DNA of 64,000 nucleotides. Origin: Candidatus Saccharimonadota bacterium. GTDB taxonomy: Bacteria > Patescibacteriota > Saccharimonadia > Saccharimonadales > Saccharimonadaceae. Below are positions 16,831 through 27,667 of this stretch, piece after piece. The notes beneath the pieces were generated by a model. It had not been told where the DNA came from. It saw nothing but the letters and a program-made list of their open reading frames with translations, and ran no database searches. The stretch spans positions 1,156 through 65,155 of the forward strand of contig JAFRCG010000004.1 of assembly GCA_017404515.1 (NCBI GenBank). The letters run 5' to 3'. Positions within the stretch are counted from its first letter, which is position 1; every line of letters starts with the position of its first letter. The translations under genes and the position numbers were made by a program.

Positions 16831-17826
16831 ATGAAAATATTAGTAACTGGTGGAACTGGATATATTGGCTCGCATACAGTAGTTGAACTTTTGAAAGATG
16901 GATATGAAGTAGAAATTTTAGATAATTTGGCTAATAGCAAAGCAAGCGTAGTGGATGTAATTGAGGAACTTACCGGCATTAAGCCAAAGTTTCACCAGGT
17001 GGATTTATTAGATAAAGAAGCTACCAAAAAAGTAATGCAAGAAGGCGGCTTTGATGCAGTAATACATTTTGCGGGGTTAAAAGCAGTGGCAGAAAGCGTA
17101 GAACAGCCACTACGATATTATGAAAATAATATTATTGGGACATTAAACTTATTAGCTGCAATGAAAGATGCCGGTGTTAAGAGACTAGTATTTTCTTCTT
17201 CCGCTACAGTCTATGGTGATCCAGGCAAGAATGCCTACACGGAAGATCTGCCAACTGGACAAAACATTGCTAGCCCATATGGCAAGACCAAATATATGAT
17301 TGAGGAAATCCTGAAAGACGAAGCGGTAGCAGACCCGGAATTCGAAGTAATGTTACTAAGATATTTTAACCCAATTGGTGCACATGAATCTGGGAAGCTT
17401 GGCGAGGATCCAAATGGCAGGCCAAATAACTTAATGCCTATTATTATGAAAGTAGCTAAGGGAGAATACCCTGAACTTTCTGTTTATGGCAACGATTACC
17501 CGACAAAAGATGGCACCTGTGTGCGAGATTATATCCATGTAGTAGACTTGGCAAAGGGTCACTTGGCGGCACTGAAGAACATGAAACCGGGAGTAAAAAT
17601 TTATAATTTGGGCTCTGGAAAAGGCACAAGTGTATTAGAAATGATTGCCGCTTTTGAAAAAGCGAGTGGAGAGAAATTGCCTTATAAAATTGCGGAGCGA
17701 AGAGCGGGCGATCTACCAGAATTCTATGCGGTGCCTACAAAAGCGCTGGAAGAATTGGGATGGAAAACCGAGCTAACTATAGAAGATGCAATGAACGATA
17801 CTATTAAGTACCTAAATAATTTTTAA
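16831..17826 (+). CDS. galE: UDP-glucose 4-epimerase
   Basis: MKILVTGGTGYIGSH Rossmann motif, SSSATVYG, YGKTK catalytic motif, DGTCVRDYIHVVDLA. Confidence 0.9.
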   Translation: MKILVTGGTGYIGSHTVVELLKDGYEVEILDNLANSKASVVDVIEELTGIKPKFHQVDLLDKEATKKVMQEGGFDAVIHFAGLKAVAESVEQPLRYYENNIIGTLNLLAAMKDAGVKRLVFSSSATVYGDPGKNAYTEDLPTGQNIASPYGKTKYMIEEILKDEAVADPEFEVMLLRYFNPIGAHESGKLGEDPNGRPNNLMPIIMKVAKGEYPELSVYGNDYPTKDGTCVRDYIHVVDLAKGHLAALKNMKPGVKIYNLGSGKGTSVLEMIAAFEKASGEKLPYKIAERRAGDLPEFYAVPTKALEELGWKTELTIEDAMNDTIKYLNNF

Positions 17827-18806
17827 GCAGTGATTTTGGAATAGAACCGCCAACAAAATTTGAAGAGCTCTTTGTTGATAAGCAAAGTATAGATGGCAAA
17901 TTTGTCGCGAAGTGTAGCAGAAGGATTTTTGATGACATCTTTTTTGTGAGTTTTGAGATAAGTTACGATTTCCTGTTCCGCAGCAAGTTGTTCGGCACTC
18001 AGTTGTTTTGGGGCTGGGATTTGACGCAAAACGCTGAACCTAGCATGACAACGACGAAGATTGGTAGTGTTCTGGAGATATGGAAAATTGCGATCAATAG
18101 CATCGCACATTTCGTCGGTTAGTTTGATAATATCAAATTTTTGATCGTTGAATTCACTTGTAGAAATAGAGTTTGTGCGCTTTTTGTAAATATATTTTGG
18201 CTCTGGGCCATAGGCAATGCGAGGACATTTTTGAATGACCTTGTAGGTAGTGCCAAGATCCTCATGAACAGTTTTTTCTGGGAAAGAGACATTATTCCAT
18301 AGTTCCCTCTTGTATAACTTAGCGTAGGCTACAACTGTGAAACCATCTTCCCTTAACATGCGGCCAAGGGCCTCTTCTGTACTCATGACTTTTTCTATAT
18401 AATTTGTACCATAATTAATCTCGCGGCCTTTGACAGTAATCTCTTGAAGTGCACAAATAGAAACTTGTGCTTGATGTTTAGAAATAAGCGTAAACAGATA
18501 TTGAACATAGTCTGGCGCAACTGTGTCATCAGAATCAACAAAGGTAATATAGGTACCAGTGGCCTCTTTGATGCCACGATTCCTAGCATTAGAAAGGCCG
18601 CCATTGGCTTGATGAATAACACGAATACGAGGGTCCTTTTTAGCATAGGCGTCACAATCTACGCCACTGCCATCGGTAGAACCATCGTCTACTAGAATAA
18701 TCTCCAATTTGGGGTAGTTTTGACGAATGAGCGAGTCTAAACAATCTGCAAGATAAGGTTTAACATTGTAAACTGGAACAATTACTGAGATTGTGGGGGT
18801 TTCCAT
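17823..18806 (-). CDS. GT2-family glycosyltransferase
   Basis: ISVIVPVYNVKPYL...VDDGSTDGS...DSDD motifs. Confidence 0.85.
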   Translation of the reverse strand: METPTISVIVPVYNVKPYLADCLDSLIRQNYPKLEIILVDDGSTDGSGVDCDAYAKKDPRIRVIHQANGGLSNARNRGIKEATGTYITFVDSDDTVAPDYVQYLFTLISKHQAQVSICALQEITVKGREINYGTNYIEKVMSTEEALGRMLREDGFTVVAYAKLYKRELWNNVSFPEKTVHEDLGTTYKVIQKCPRIAYGPEPKYIYKKRTNSISTSEFNDQKFDIIKLTDEMCDAIDRNFPYLQNTTNLRRCHARFSVLRQIPAPKQLSAEQLAAEQEIVTYLKTHKKDVIKNPSATLRDKFAIYTLLINKELFKFCWRFYSKITA

Positions 18807-18843
18807 ATTAATATATTATACTATGTTATGATATAATATATCT

Positions 18844-19650
18844 ATGAGATTTTTTATTTTTAGTAAGAAGAATCGGATTTTGCTGGGGGAGCTGACTAAG
18901 ACTGATTTTAAATTGCGCTATCAAGGCTCTGTACTGGGATATATGTGGGCGGTAATAAAGCCACTTTTGATGTTTGCAATTCTCTATGTAGTATTTGCCA
19001 AAATTTTGAGATTTGGAAATGAAATTCCGCACTATCCGGTATATCTCTTGACTGGAACGGTATTATGGAACTTTTTTGTAGAGTGCACTCAGCAAGGTAT
19101 TCATTCCATAGAACAACGCGGAGATTTAATCAGAAAAATTAGCTTCCCAAAGTATATTGTGGTAGTGAGCGCCACTAGTACGGCGGTAATCAATGTTGCT
19201 ATCAATATTTGTGTGGTAGTAGTTTTTGCCTTAATTAATGGAGTGATGCCGTCACTTTCTTGGTTGATGATTGTGCCGCTACTATTAGAACTATATTTGT
19301 TTGCGCTGGGTATTTCCCTACTACTAGGTGCCATTAATGTCAAATATAGAGACATCAGTTCTATTTGGGAGGTATTGACCCAGGCATTATTCTATGCGGT
19401 ACCAGTTATTTATCCACTTTCTATGGTAATGAATTCTTCGGTGGTGGCTGCAAAAATTATCATGATAAACCCTGTAGCACAGGTAATTCAGGATGCTAGA
19501 TATAATTTGATAACCACAGAAACGGCAACTGGCTGGGGCATTTCTGGAGTCTGGTGGGGGTTACTTACATTAGCTATCGTGTTAATATTGCTAATTATAT
19601 CTATAATATTTTTCCAGAAACGAGCTGAGCATTTTGCGGAGGAAGTGTAA
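18844..19650 (+). CDS. ABC-2 type polysaccharide/teichoic-acid export permease (Wzm/TagG-like)
   Basis: 268 aa with six TM helices. The N-terminal FKLRYQGSVLGYMWAVIKPLL is typical of ABC-2 permeases. Confidence 0.85.
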   Translation: MRFFIFSKKNRILLGELTKTDFKLRYQGSVLGYMWAVIKPLLMFAILYVVFAKILRFGNEIPHYPVYLLTGTVLWNFFVECTQQGIHSIEQRGDLIRKISFPKYIVVVSATSTAVINVAINICVVVVFALINGVMPSLSWLMIVPLLLELYLFALGISLLLGAINVKYRDISSIWEVLTQALFYAVPVIYPLSMVMNSSVVAAKIIMINPVAQVIQDARYNLITTETATGWGISGVWWGLLTLAIVLILLIISIIFFQKRAEHFAEEV

Positions 19651-20450
19651 TGAAAAAGTGGTCTGATGACGAATATATAGAGGATTTGAAAGAAGATGTG
19701 TTAGAGCGTGGTGAAGATGACAAAGTAGCCATAGCGGTAGAAAATTTATACAAGAGCTTTAAACTGCCAACAGAAAAAGCTTTTGGGCTGAAACAGGCAA
19801 TATTTAATCGCCTAAAAGGCATAAAAGGCTACCGAAGACAAGAGGTGCTAAAAGGCATCAGCTTTGAAGTAAAAAAAGGCGAATTTTTGGGAATTGTAGG
19901 GCGTAACGGTAGCGGAAAATCTACTTTGCTAAAAATTCTTTCAGAAATTTACATCCCAGATAAAGGCACGGTGCGAGTAAACGGAACCTTAGTACCATTT
20001 ATTGAGCTTGGCGTTGGGTTTAATCCAGAACTAACTGGCAGAGAGAATGTATATCTAAATGGTGCCCTTCTAGGATTTTCCAATAAAGAAATGGACGAAA
20101 TGTATGATGAAATTGTGCGATTTGCCGAGCTAGATCAATTTATGGACCAAAAATTAAAAAATTATTCTTCTGGTATGCAGGTGAGATTGGCGTTCTCAAT
20201 TGCGATTAGAGCAAAAGGAGACATACTGGTATTAGATGAGGTCTTAGCAGTGGGTGATGCTGCATTCCAGGAAAAATGTAATGATTACTTTAAGAGTCTC
20301 CATGGCAATCAAACAGTAATTCTAGTAACTCATAGTATGGACAATGTAGAAAAATTCTGCGATAGAGCAATTCTGATAGAAGATGGCAAAATTGCCTGCG
20401 AAGGAAAGCCAGGAAAAGTGACCAAGGCTTATCAAAAGCTTTGGAGCTAA
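19650..20450 (+). CDS. polysaccharide export ABC transporter ATP-binding protein (Wzt/TagH-like)
   Basis: Walker A GRNGSGKST, signature YSSGMQVRLAF, Walker B LVLDEV. The start overlaps the permease stop (TAATG junction, 1-nt overlap). Confidence 0.9.
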   Translation: MKKWSDDEYIEDLKEDVLERGEDDKVAIAVENLYKSFKLPTEKAFGLKQAIFNRLKGIKGYRRQEVLKGISFEVKKGEFLGIVGRNGSGKSTLLKILSEIYIPDKGTVRVNGTLVPFIELGVGFNPELTGRENVYLNGALLGFSNKEMDEMYDEIVRFAELDQFMDQKLKNYSSGMQVRLAFSIAIRAKGDILVLDEVLAVGDAAFQEKCNDYFKSLHGNQTVILVTHSMDNVEKFCDRAILIEDGKIACEGKPGKVTKAYQKLWS

Positions 20451-20457
20451 GCCCAAA

Positions 20458-21519
20458 TTATTTGTGATTTTTCTTTTTGCGATAAGATTTGAAAGCTGCT
20501 AAGAATATTTGAGGTGGGTATTTGAGGATGGCCTGCAAAGCTTTCCAATGATTTTTAGGAAAATAATTCTTGACGAGCATTTTTTGGTTATCAGCGTCGT
20601 GGAATTCGGCGCGTATTCTGAGTAGATATGGTTCTAGTTCCTCGTCTGGAAGATGTAACATATTCCAATTGTAGCTAGCAAATTTAACTGCCTGAAAAAT
20701 ATAGCCATAAGTTTTCCAATCACCGCGAGTCTTGAGGTCTTTTTGCATTTTGGCGTATTCATCATTGATGTGGAAAATTTCTGATTGCTCTTGCAGCACA
20801 TAGTCTGTGCCTATCTGTTGCTGATGTAAATAAGATTTGTTGGTTAAAACAATTTTACCACCAGAGGCTAAAAGCCTAAAATTATAACTAGCGTCTTGCG
20901 GGAGAGGACCAAATTCTTCTAAGAAAAAGATCTTGTTTTGGAGAATAAATTCACGCCGATAAAGGCCAGAGCCTAAGACTGGTGGTTGATAAAAAATACG
21001 GGTATCTTCTGTGGGCTCAATAATATAGCCGGCTTCTTCTGGGAGGATAGATTCATGAAAGATGTCGCGATCGGCGTAATGCTCATAAAAATTCCCACGG
21101 ATAATATCAGCATCGTGTTTCTTGGCAAGTGCAAAAAGCTCAATAGACATTTCCGGGTTAAGATAATCATTGGCACTGACAAAACTAAGATATTCGCCTT
21201 TGGCTTTATCAATGCAAAAGTTCATAATCTTACCATAATCATGGGATTTGACGAGTAGCACATTGAAACGATGATCTTTTTTTGCGTAATCTTTGATAAT
21301 TTCTAGCTGTTTTAGATCTACTAATGCAGGTGAATCGTCTTCTGAAGAATCGGGGTTTGAGACTGTAACAACGCAAAGAATTTCTAGATCATCTAGAATT
21401 TGGTTGTTGAGACTTTTAAGACAGGGCAACAAGTCCACCTCTTTGTCTTCGGGAATTTTGACAATGAGCGAGACACGTGGAGATTTTTTCGTAGGTGTCT
21501 GTTTTGCTACTGAATCCAT
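20458..21519 (-). CDS. GT2-like glycosyltransferase
   Basis: 353 aa with a GT-A-like N-terminal region (RVSLIVKIP..., SANDYLNP DxD-like motif). Confidence 0.6.
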   Translation of the reverse strand: MDSVAKQTPTKKSPRVSLIVKIPEDKEVDLLPCLKSLNNQILDDLEILCVVTVSNPDSSEDDSPALVDLKQLEIIKDYAKKDHRFNVLLVKSHDYGKIMNFCIDKAKGEYLSFVSANDYLNPEMSIELFALAKKHDADIIRGNFYEHYADRDIFHESILPEEAGYIIEPTEDTRIFYQPPVLGSGLYRREFILQNKIFFLEEFGPLPQDASYNFRLLASGGKIVLTNKSYLHQQQIGTDYVLQEQSEIFHINDEYAKMQKDLKTRGDWKTYGYIFQAVKFASYNWNMLHLPDEELEPYLLRIRAEFHDADNQKMLVKNYFPKNHWKALQAILKYPPQIFLAAFKSYRKKKNHK

Positions 21520-21520
21520 T

Positions 21521-22414
21521 TTAATTCTCTTTTAGTTCGGCTAAGTAGCGAGAAAGTGCATCTTGCCAAGTAGGTAATGGCTGGAAACCACTAGAGACAA
21601 GTTTGGATTTGTCTAATCGAGAATTGAAAGGTCTAGCGGCTACAGAAGCACCATATTCTGCAGTAGTAACTGGAATAACTTTAGAATCAATACCGGCCTG
21701 CTTAAAAATTTCTTTGGTAAAATCTGCCCAGCTAATATATCCGCCTTCGTTAGTGGCATGATAAAACCCATATTTGTCTGTCAAAATCATATCTACTAGT
21801 AGCCTAGCTAAGTCTGGAGTATAAGTAGGAGTGCCAATTTGATCATCTACAACACGAACTTCCTGATGGTTTTTCCCAACTTCTAGCATGGTCTTAACAA
21901 AATTTTTGCCGTTTTTACCAAAAACCCAAGCAATACGGACGATGAAGAAATTGTCTAAGTTTTCAGCGACGGCTTTTTCGCCATCTAATTTAGACTGACC
22001 GTAGACATTTAGCGGAGCGTAATTTTTGTCATCTGGTTGCCAAGGCTTAGTTCCCTGTCCATCAAAAACATAGTCCGTGGAAATATAGACCATTTTGGCG
22101 CCAATTTTTTTGCAGGCTTTAGCAAGATTAGCGGTGCCATCAACATTGACTTTGCGGACAGCAGCAAGATTTTCTGGGGATTCAGCAGCATCAACATTGG
22201 TCCAGGCAGCACAATGAATAACGGCATCTGGACGATAATTTTCTAGCGTCTTTTCTACATTTTCTTTATCCGTAATATCAAGCGTGGTAGTTTTAAACTC
22301 GTAATTTTCCCCACCTTGGCGATCTGCACCAAGACAATCGATGCCACGCTTTTCAAGTTCTAACATCGTATCATGGCCAAGCTGACCAGATGTTCCCGTT
22401 ACTAATACTTTCAT
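21521..22414 (-). CDS. rfbD: dTDP-4-dehydrorhamnose reductase
   Basis: MKVLVTGTSGQLG..., STDYVFDG, YGQSKLDGE. I placed the start at the ATG at 22414, which follows GAGGAGGA and overlaps the rfbB stop as TAATG. Confidence 0.88.
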   Translation of the reverse strand: MKVLVTGTSGQLGHDTMLELEKRGIDCLGADRQGGENYEFKTTTLDITDKENVEKTLENYRPDAVIHCAAWTNVDAAESPENLAAVRKVNVDGTANLAKACKKIGAKMVYISTDYVFDGQGTKPWQPDDKNYAPLNVYGQSKLDGEKAVAENLDNFFIVRIAWVFGKNGKNFVKTMLEVGKNHQEVRVVDDQIGTPTYTPDLARLLVDMILTDKYGFYHATNEGGYISWADFTKEIFKQAGIDSKVIPVTTAEYGASVAARPFNSRLDKSKLVSSGFQPLPTWQDALSRYLAELKEN

Positions 22415-23424
22415 TATTCCTCCTCTTTTTGATAATCGCCTGATAAAATATTTTCCCACCAGTCCTTATTCTCTACATACCAATTAATAGTTTTCTTGAT
22501 ACCATCGGCAAATTTAGTTTCTGGAAGCCAACCGAGTTCATCATGAATGAAGGTAGGGTCAATAGCGTAGCGGCGATCATGACCTTTGCGATCTTCTACA
22601 AATGTAATAAGGCTTTCTGGCTTGCCAAGTTCTTTGCAAATTAATTTTACAATATCAATGTTAGCCATTTCGTTATGTCCACCAACATTGTAGATTTCAC
22701 CAATTTTGCCATTATGAATGATCAGGTCAATGGCACGACAATGGTCTTCAACATAGAGCCAGTCACGAACATTTTTACCATCACCATAAACTGGGAGCGG
22801 CTTGTCGTTCAAAGCATTAATGATGGTGAGCGGAATTAATTTTTCTGGAAAATGATATGGGCCGTAATTATTGGAACAACGCGAAATAGTGGCTGGGAAA
22901 TTATAAGTTCTGTGATAGGCCATAACTAACATATCGGCGCCGGCTTTGGAGGCACTGTATGGACTACTGGCATGGAGTGGAGTTTTTTCGGTAAAGAATA
23001 GGTCTGGGCGGTCCAGTGGCAGATCACCATAAACTTCATCTGTAGAAACTTGGTGGTAACGAGGGACATTAAGCTCGCGACAGACTTCCATCAAGGTCTG
23101 CGTGCCAGAAATATTAGTTGCAACGAAAATCTCTGGGCCAGTGATAGAACGGTCAACATGAGATTCGGCAGCAAAATTTACTACAATGTCTGGTTTTTCT
23201 TCTTCAAAAAGTTGCTTAACTGCAGGCTTGTCACAAATATTAATTTTAGCGAAGCGAAAATTAGGATTTTCCATAGCTTTTTTCAGGGTATGAATATTGC
23301 CAGCATAAGTAAGACAATCCAAGCAAATAATGCGATAGTTTGGATATTTATTTAGCATGTAATAAACAAAATTTGAGCCAATAAAGCCTGCTCCGCCAGT
23401 AACAACAATGGTTTTTTCAGTCAT
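22414..23424 (-). CDS. rfbB: dTDP-glucose 4,6-dehydratase
   Basis: VTGGAGFIGSNF, AAESHVDRS, YSASKAGADML. Confidence 0.92.
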   Translation of the reverse strand: MTEKTIVVTGGAGFIGSNFVYYMLNKYPNYRIICLDCLTYAGNIHTLKKAMENPNFRFAKINICDKPAVKQLFEEEKPDIVVNFAAESHVDRSITGPEIFVATNISGTQTLMEVCRELNVPRYHQVSTDEVYGDLPLDRPDLFFTEKTPLHASSPYSASKAGADMLVMAYHRTYNFPATISRCSNNYGPYHFPEKLIPLTIINALNDKPLPVYGDGKNVRDWLYVEDHCRAIDLIIHNGKIGEIYNVGGHNEMANIDIVKLICKELGKPESLITFVEDRKGHDRRYAIDPTFIHDELGWLPETKFADGIKKTINWYVENKDWWENILSGDYQKEEE

Positions 23425-23990
23425 TAGTTTTCCTCCTTAAATGTAATTTTTGATTCTACTAGAGTAGGATGCTTCATATCTTTTTCACTGAGGGTAAAAT
23501 CTACATCAACTTCTGGCCAAGCGATGTTGATGTCGACATCATTATAAATGATGCCACCTTCTTCTTCTGGATGATAGAAATCGTCACATTTGTAAGCGAA
23601 CTCCGCCGTGTCACTAAGGACTAGAAAGCCGTGCGCAAAGCCGCGTGGAATCATAAGCTGCTGCTTGTTTTCTGCGGAAAGTTTGGCACCAACCCACTGG
23701 CCATAGGTAGGGCTACCTGCTCTTAAATCTACGGCAACATCAAAAACCTCGCCTTTTAATACCCGGACGAGCTTAGCCTGAGGATGAAGCTTTTGGAAAT
23801 GAAGGCCACGCAATACGCCTTTTTTGGAGCTAGATTGGTTATCTTGGACAAAAGTATAATCTAGGCCGGCCTCTTTAAAATCTTTGGCACTATAGGTTTC
23901 CATAAAATAACCACGCTCATCGCCAAAGACTTTAGGGGTGATAATGTAAACACCTTTGATTTTGGTCTCTTCAAAAGTAAAATTGCTCAT
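23424..23990 (-). CDS. rfbC: dTDP-4-dehydrorhamnose 3,5-epimerase
   Basis: FGDERGYFMETY, GVLRGLHFQ, AKLVRVLKGEVFDVAVDLR, PRGFAHGF. Confidence 0.92.
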   Translation of the reverse strand: MSNFTFEETKIKGVYIITPKVFGDERGYFMETYSAKDFKEAGLDYTFVQDNQSSSKKGVLRGLHFQKLHPQAKLVRVLKGEVFDVAVDLRAGSPTYGQWVGAKLSAENKQQLMIPRGFAHGFLVLSDTAEFAYKCDDFYHPEEEGGIIYNDVDINIAWPEVDVDFTLSEKDMKHPTLVESKITFKEEN

Positions 23991-24874
23991 TAGTCTTTTA
24001 GTTTCCTTTCTGCAACATTTTTGAGATGCTTGCCATAGCTAGATTTGCCATACTTGGCAGCAGAATCTAAGAGCTGCTCTTTGGTGATCCAACCATTCTT
24101 GAAAGCAATTTCTTCTGGGGCGGAAATTTCTACGCCTTGGCGTTTTTGAATGACACGAACAAAATCTGAAGCATCAGCAAGAGAATCCATAGTGCCAGTG
24201 TCTAGCCAAGCTAAGCCGCGACCAAGCACCTGAACATCTAAAATTCCTTCTTTGAGGTAGATTTCATTGAGGGAGGTAATTTCTAATTCCCCGCGTGCAG
24301 ACGGGGTGATAGTTTTGGCTTTTTCTGAAACGCCAGCTGGGTAAAAGTAAAGGCCAGTAACAGCGTAATTGCTCTTTGGATGTTCTGGTTTTTCCTCGAT
24401 GGAAAGCGCATGCCAATTTTCATCAAAATCTACTACGCCAAAGCGTTCTGGGTCGTTAACATAATAACCAAAGACTGTAGCACGGCCATTTTCGGCATTT
24501 TCTACAGACTGAAGCAAGGAGCTAACAAAACCGTGGCCATAAAAGATATTGTCTCCAAGAATCATGGCGCAAGCGTCGCCAGCAATAAATTCTTCCCCAA
24601 GGGTAAAAGCTTGAGCTAAGCCATCTGGAGACGGTTGGACCTTGTAAGACAAATGTACACCCATTTTAGAACCGTCGCCTAAGAGGCGTTCAAAATTTGG
24701 TAAATCTTCTGGAGTGGAGATAATAAGGATATCACGAATGCCAGCAAGCATAAGAGTGGTAAGTGGATAATAAATCATTGGTTTGTCGTAAACTGGCAAC
24801 ATCTGTTTGGAGGTAGCCAAAGTTAGTGGATAGAGCCTAGTACCAGAGCCACCTGCTAAAATAATTCCTTTCAT
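23990..24874 (-). CDS. rfbA: glucose-1-phosphate thymidylyltransferase
   Basis: [54 protein letters not shown]. Confidence 0.92.
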   Translation of the reverse strand: MKGIILAGGSGTRLYPLTLATSKQMLPVYDKPMIYYPLTTLMLAGIRDILIISTPEDLPNFERLLGDGSKMGVHLSYKVQPSPDGLAQAFTLGEEFIAGDACAMILGDNIFYGHGFVSSLLQSVENAENGRATVFGYYVNDPERFGVVDFDENWHALSIEEKPEHPKSNYAVTGLYFYPAGVSEKAKTITPSARGELEITSLNEIYLKEGILDVQVLGRGLAWLDTGTMDSLADASDFVRVIQKRQGVEISAPEEIAFKNGWITKEQLLDSAAKYGKSSYGKHLKNVAERKLKD

Positions 24875-24972
24875 GAAAACTCCTATGTTATATAATATAT
24901 TTTAGCATATTTTGATATATTTGGCATCATTCTCAAGATGTGATACTATTATTGCAGAAGGAGGTCAACTAG

Positions 24973-26802
24973 ATGGTTAAGTCTCTCATTATCAGCTCTA
25001 TTTTTCTTTTTGGTTTTTTCTTGATCTTTGCAGTAGCATTTCGTCTTGCTTTTGGTAAAGGGTTTATTAAAAAACATTTTAATAAATTTTATGTAATAGT
25101 CTTTGCAGTAGTTGCACTTGGAGGGCTATTCACAATTGCCCATATTTCGTCAAAAAACTCAGGAATTTATGCATGGGACTCGGGTGGATACTGGGTATGG
25201 AGTTATAAACATACAAATGAATTATACTCTTCTCCGAATGAAGCAATGCAATCATTGCAGCAGTCCATCATTGAATCGGACTACAACTTAATATTGCCAA
25301 CGATTATTAGCTTACCGCTAAAAGTACTTGGCAATACTTTCTTGAGATATGCTTGTATAAACTATATCTTGTTCTTTGTGCCAGCATTGTTTATACTGCT
25401 GTGTATTTTTATGAAAATTACAGAAAAAGATAAGGCAAAGAATCGTAATTTTATGGTGGGGATTCTAGCTATCGTTAGTTTATCTGTGCCATTAATCTCA
25501 ATTTTGCAGGGGTATATAGATGTTGCGATTATGATACCGATAACATTGATATTTGCCCTAACTCTATCGTATGATCCGCTAAAGCCTATAAACAAGCAGC
25601 AAGTACTAAAAAGTCTCATGATAGGTTTGTTGCTGACAATAACATTCTTGTTTAGAAGATACACTGCATTTTTCGTTGTTGGATATGGAATTACTATGGT
25701 AGCATATACGGCTTTTATGCTCATAATTGCTAAAAAGAAAGAATTAAAATCCCTAATTAAAAATGCCTTACTAAACGCCCTCTTAGTGGCAGCTCCTTTG
25801 CTAGTGATACTGCTTGGATTCTTCTCTGGACTAATATTCCGCATCCTGGGAGAAAATTATGCTGAATTATATTCTGCGTATAGCGATCCTCTACTACAAA
25901 AAATCTTAATCGTCATCTGGCATTTTGGCATTGCAATATTAGCAGTTGTACTATTTGGGTTGATAGAATCATTTAGACGGAAGAAAAATCAAATGATTTC
26001 GTTTTTCTGTGTTTTCTCAATTATAATAATCGCTGTCTTATTCTTTAGAGTTCAAAGTATGAATGGACATCACATCTACACAATAACTCCTCAAATATAT
26101 ATCATGTTATTTTTGGGATTAATGTATCTCTTTTCAATCAAGAAAAAAATCGCCTTGAAAGTAATAGTTGTAATTATATTGTTAGTCGACTCCTTAGCTT
26201 GCCTTTCTTCGCGTGTATTTGGAATAGTAGGTCCTGTTGCTCCAATGTTCCAAAAACATTATACAAATGTATTGCACCGTGAGGATATAGAGACAATCCG
26301 TGAGCTTAGAGATTATCTGAACGAGCTTAATAGTGATGGTAAATCTATTATCTATGTGCTCTCTAGTAGTGTAACTTTCAACTCTGACACATTGATGGTG
26401 ATGGAGCGCCCAGCAAAAGACAATGCCGTTACCGGTCTTGTGAAAAGCCACGATGTAGACTTGAGAGACGGATTCCCAAATATATTCTTTGACGCAGACA
26501 TTATCGTAACGACAAAGCCAATTGGCACCCACCTAATTGAGGGGAGCCAAGAAATTATCACATATCTTGCAGAAAAAGTTCAGGATGAGAATTCGTATCT
26601 AGGAAGACATTATAAAAAGGATCCTAAGGAATTTCAGATTATGGAAGGATTCACTGTTTATGTATACCAAAAAACCTCCGATTTAACGGCTCAGGACTAC
26701 GACAGAATGATCGAATACTACGATAGCTTATATCCAGAGCAAAAAACTATATTCAAAGATAGACTTGAGCAGGCCAAGGAAACAGCTTTTAGCAAAAGCT
26801 AG
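24973..26802 (+). CDS. polytopic membrane protein (~12-14 TM) with a C-terminal soluble domain; GT-C-like candidate
   Basis: 609 aa. An AGGAGG SD lies upstream. Hydrophobic helices continue through about residue 420, followed by a ~190-aa hydrophilic tail. I recognise no catalytic motif. Confidence 0.55.
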   Translation: MVKSLIISSIFLFGFFLIFAVAFRLAFGKGFIKKHFNKFYVIVFAVVALGGLFTIAHISSKNSGIYAWDSGGYWVWSYKHTNELYSSPNEAMQSLQQSIIESDYNLILPTIISLPLKVLGNTFLRYACINYILFFVPALFILLCIFMKITEKDKAKNRNFMVGILAIVSLSVPLISILQGYIDVAIMIPITLIFALTLSYDPLKPINKQQVLKSLMIGLLLTITFLFRRYTAFFVVGYGITMVAYTAFMLIIAKKKELKSLIKNALLNALLVAAPLLVILLGFFSGLIFRILGENYAELYSAYSDPLLQKILIVIWHFGIAILAVVLFGLIESFRRKKNQMISFFCVFSIIIIAVLFFRVQSMNGHHIYTITPQIYIMLFLGLMYLFSIKKKIALKVIVVIILLVDSLACLSSRVFGIVGPVAPMFQKHYTNVLHREDIETIRELRDYLNELNSDGKSIIYVLSSSVTFNSDTLMVMERPAKDNAVTGLVKSHDVDLRDGFPNIFFDADIIVTTKPIGTHLIEGSQEIITYLAEKVQDENSYLGRHYKKDPKEFQIMEGFTVYVYQKTSDLTAQDYDRMIEYYDSLYPEQKTIFKDRLEQAKETAFSKS

Positions 26803-27662
26803 AGCCAGCTATCTGCAAGATTTTCTTCTAATTTAATAATGCGGTCTTTGGTTGTTTTTGATAAATTATAGTTTTTGATAGTAAATTCGTGAATTCTTTG
26901 CATTTCAGAAAAACGCTCTTTCAGGTCAGTTTTCTTAGTTACACTTTTCTCATGAATACGATGGAGGTTCAATTTTTTATGGCAATAATGAATTTTGCCA
27001 TCACTAACTACGCGAAGATAAAAATACCAATCACCAGACAACTTATACTTTTTTGCACCTTTTAAATAATCATCTAATACAGAGCGATTTTTGAGAACTA
27101 CCGCTGAGACATTTGGAATCGAATTATAAACTGCGAGATTTTTATTGATTTCTTTTTCCCCATCTATTGTGTAACTGTCAAAAGAATGTTTTTTACGAAA
27201 AAAATCTTTTAGTTTGCGCAAATTATCTTTCAGCAAAGGCTTGTCATTTTGATTAACTAATTTGGAATTAGAATAGGCTAGCATTACATCTTTGTCGCAA
27301 AAACTATTCATGAGATTTGCCAGAAAATTTGGTTTAGCAGAATCATCCATTTCGCAGATCCAGATGTAATCACTGCTGGCAAGATTAATTCCCTTTGCCC
27401 ATTGAGAAAAAACATTACCAGAATTCTTTTTATTAAATTCTGTCTGGATATTTAATTCTGGATATTCTTTATGTAGCTCTGAAACTTTCTGTTTGATTTT
27501 TTCTACACTATTATCTGTTGAGGCGTCGTCCAAAATAATTATTTCTGAAACTGGATAAGTTTGGTTTAAAATTTCGTTGATACGACTATCAATATATCTT
27601 TCATAATTATAATTTGGCAAAATCGCAGTGATAGTTTTTTTGTTTTGTTCTAAATTTATCAT
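26799..27662 (-). CDS. GT2-family glycosyltransferase (paralog of the N-domain of the next gene)
   Basis: ITAILPNYNYERYI...ILDDASTDNS...CEMDDS. Confidence 0.8.
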   Translation of the reverse strand: MINLEQNKKTITAILPNYNYERYIDSRINEILNQTYPVSEIIILDDASTDNSVEKIKQKVSELHKEYPELNIQTEFNKKNSGNVFSQWAKGINLASSDYIWICEMDDSAKPNFLANLMNSFCDKDVMLAYSNSKLVNQNDKPLLKDNLRKLKDFFRKKHSFDSYTIDGEKEINKNLAVYNSIPNVSAVVLKNRSVLDDYLKGAKKYKLSGDWYFYLRVVSDGKIHYCHKKLNLHRIHEKSVTKKTDLKERFSEMQRIHEFTIKNYNLSKTTKDRIIKLEENLADSWL

Positions 27663-27667
27663 AATTT

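Noticed and set aside
21521-22459. Upstream-extended starts for rfbD, the SufS-like gene (to 38922), the GT4 gene (to 15369), the ABC gene (to 47371) and the cargo gene (to 5942)
   Set aside because: Each extension overlaps the preceding gene or lacks an RBS. An internal ATG with an SD, a TAATG/ATGA junction or a close TATAAT box gives a canonical N-terminus in each case.
25362-25844. 160-aa antisense ORF inside the 609-aa membrane protein gene. Similar antisense ORFs occur at 60293-60871, 57465-57902, 54783-55199, 16437-16886, 9352-9717 and 15606-15923.
   Set aside because: These are shadow ORFs on the opposite strand of well-supported genes. They have no RBS and skewed composition, which is typical of antisense frames.
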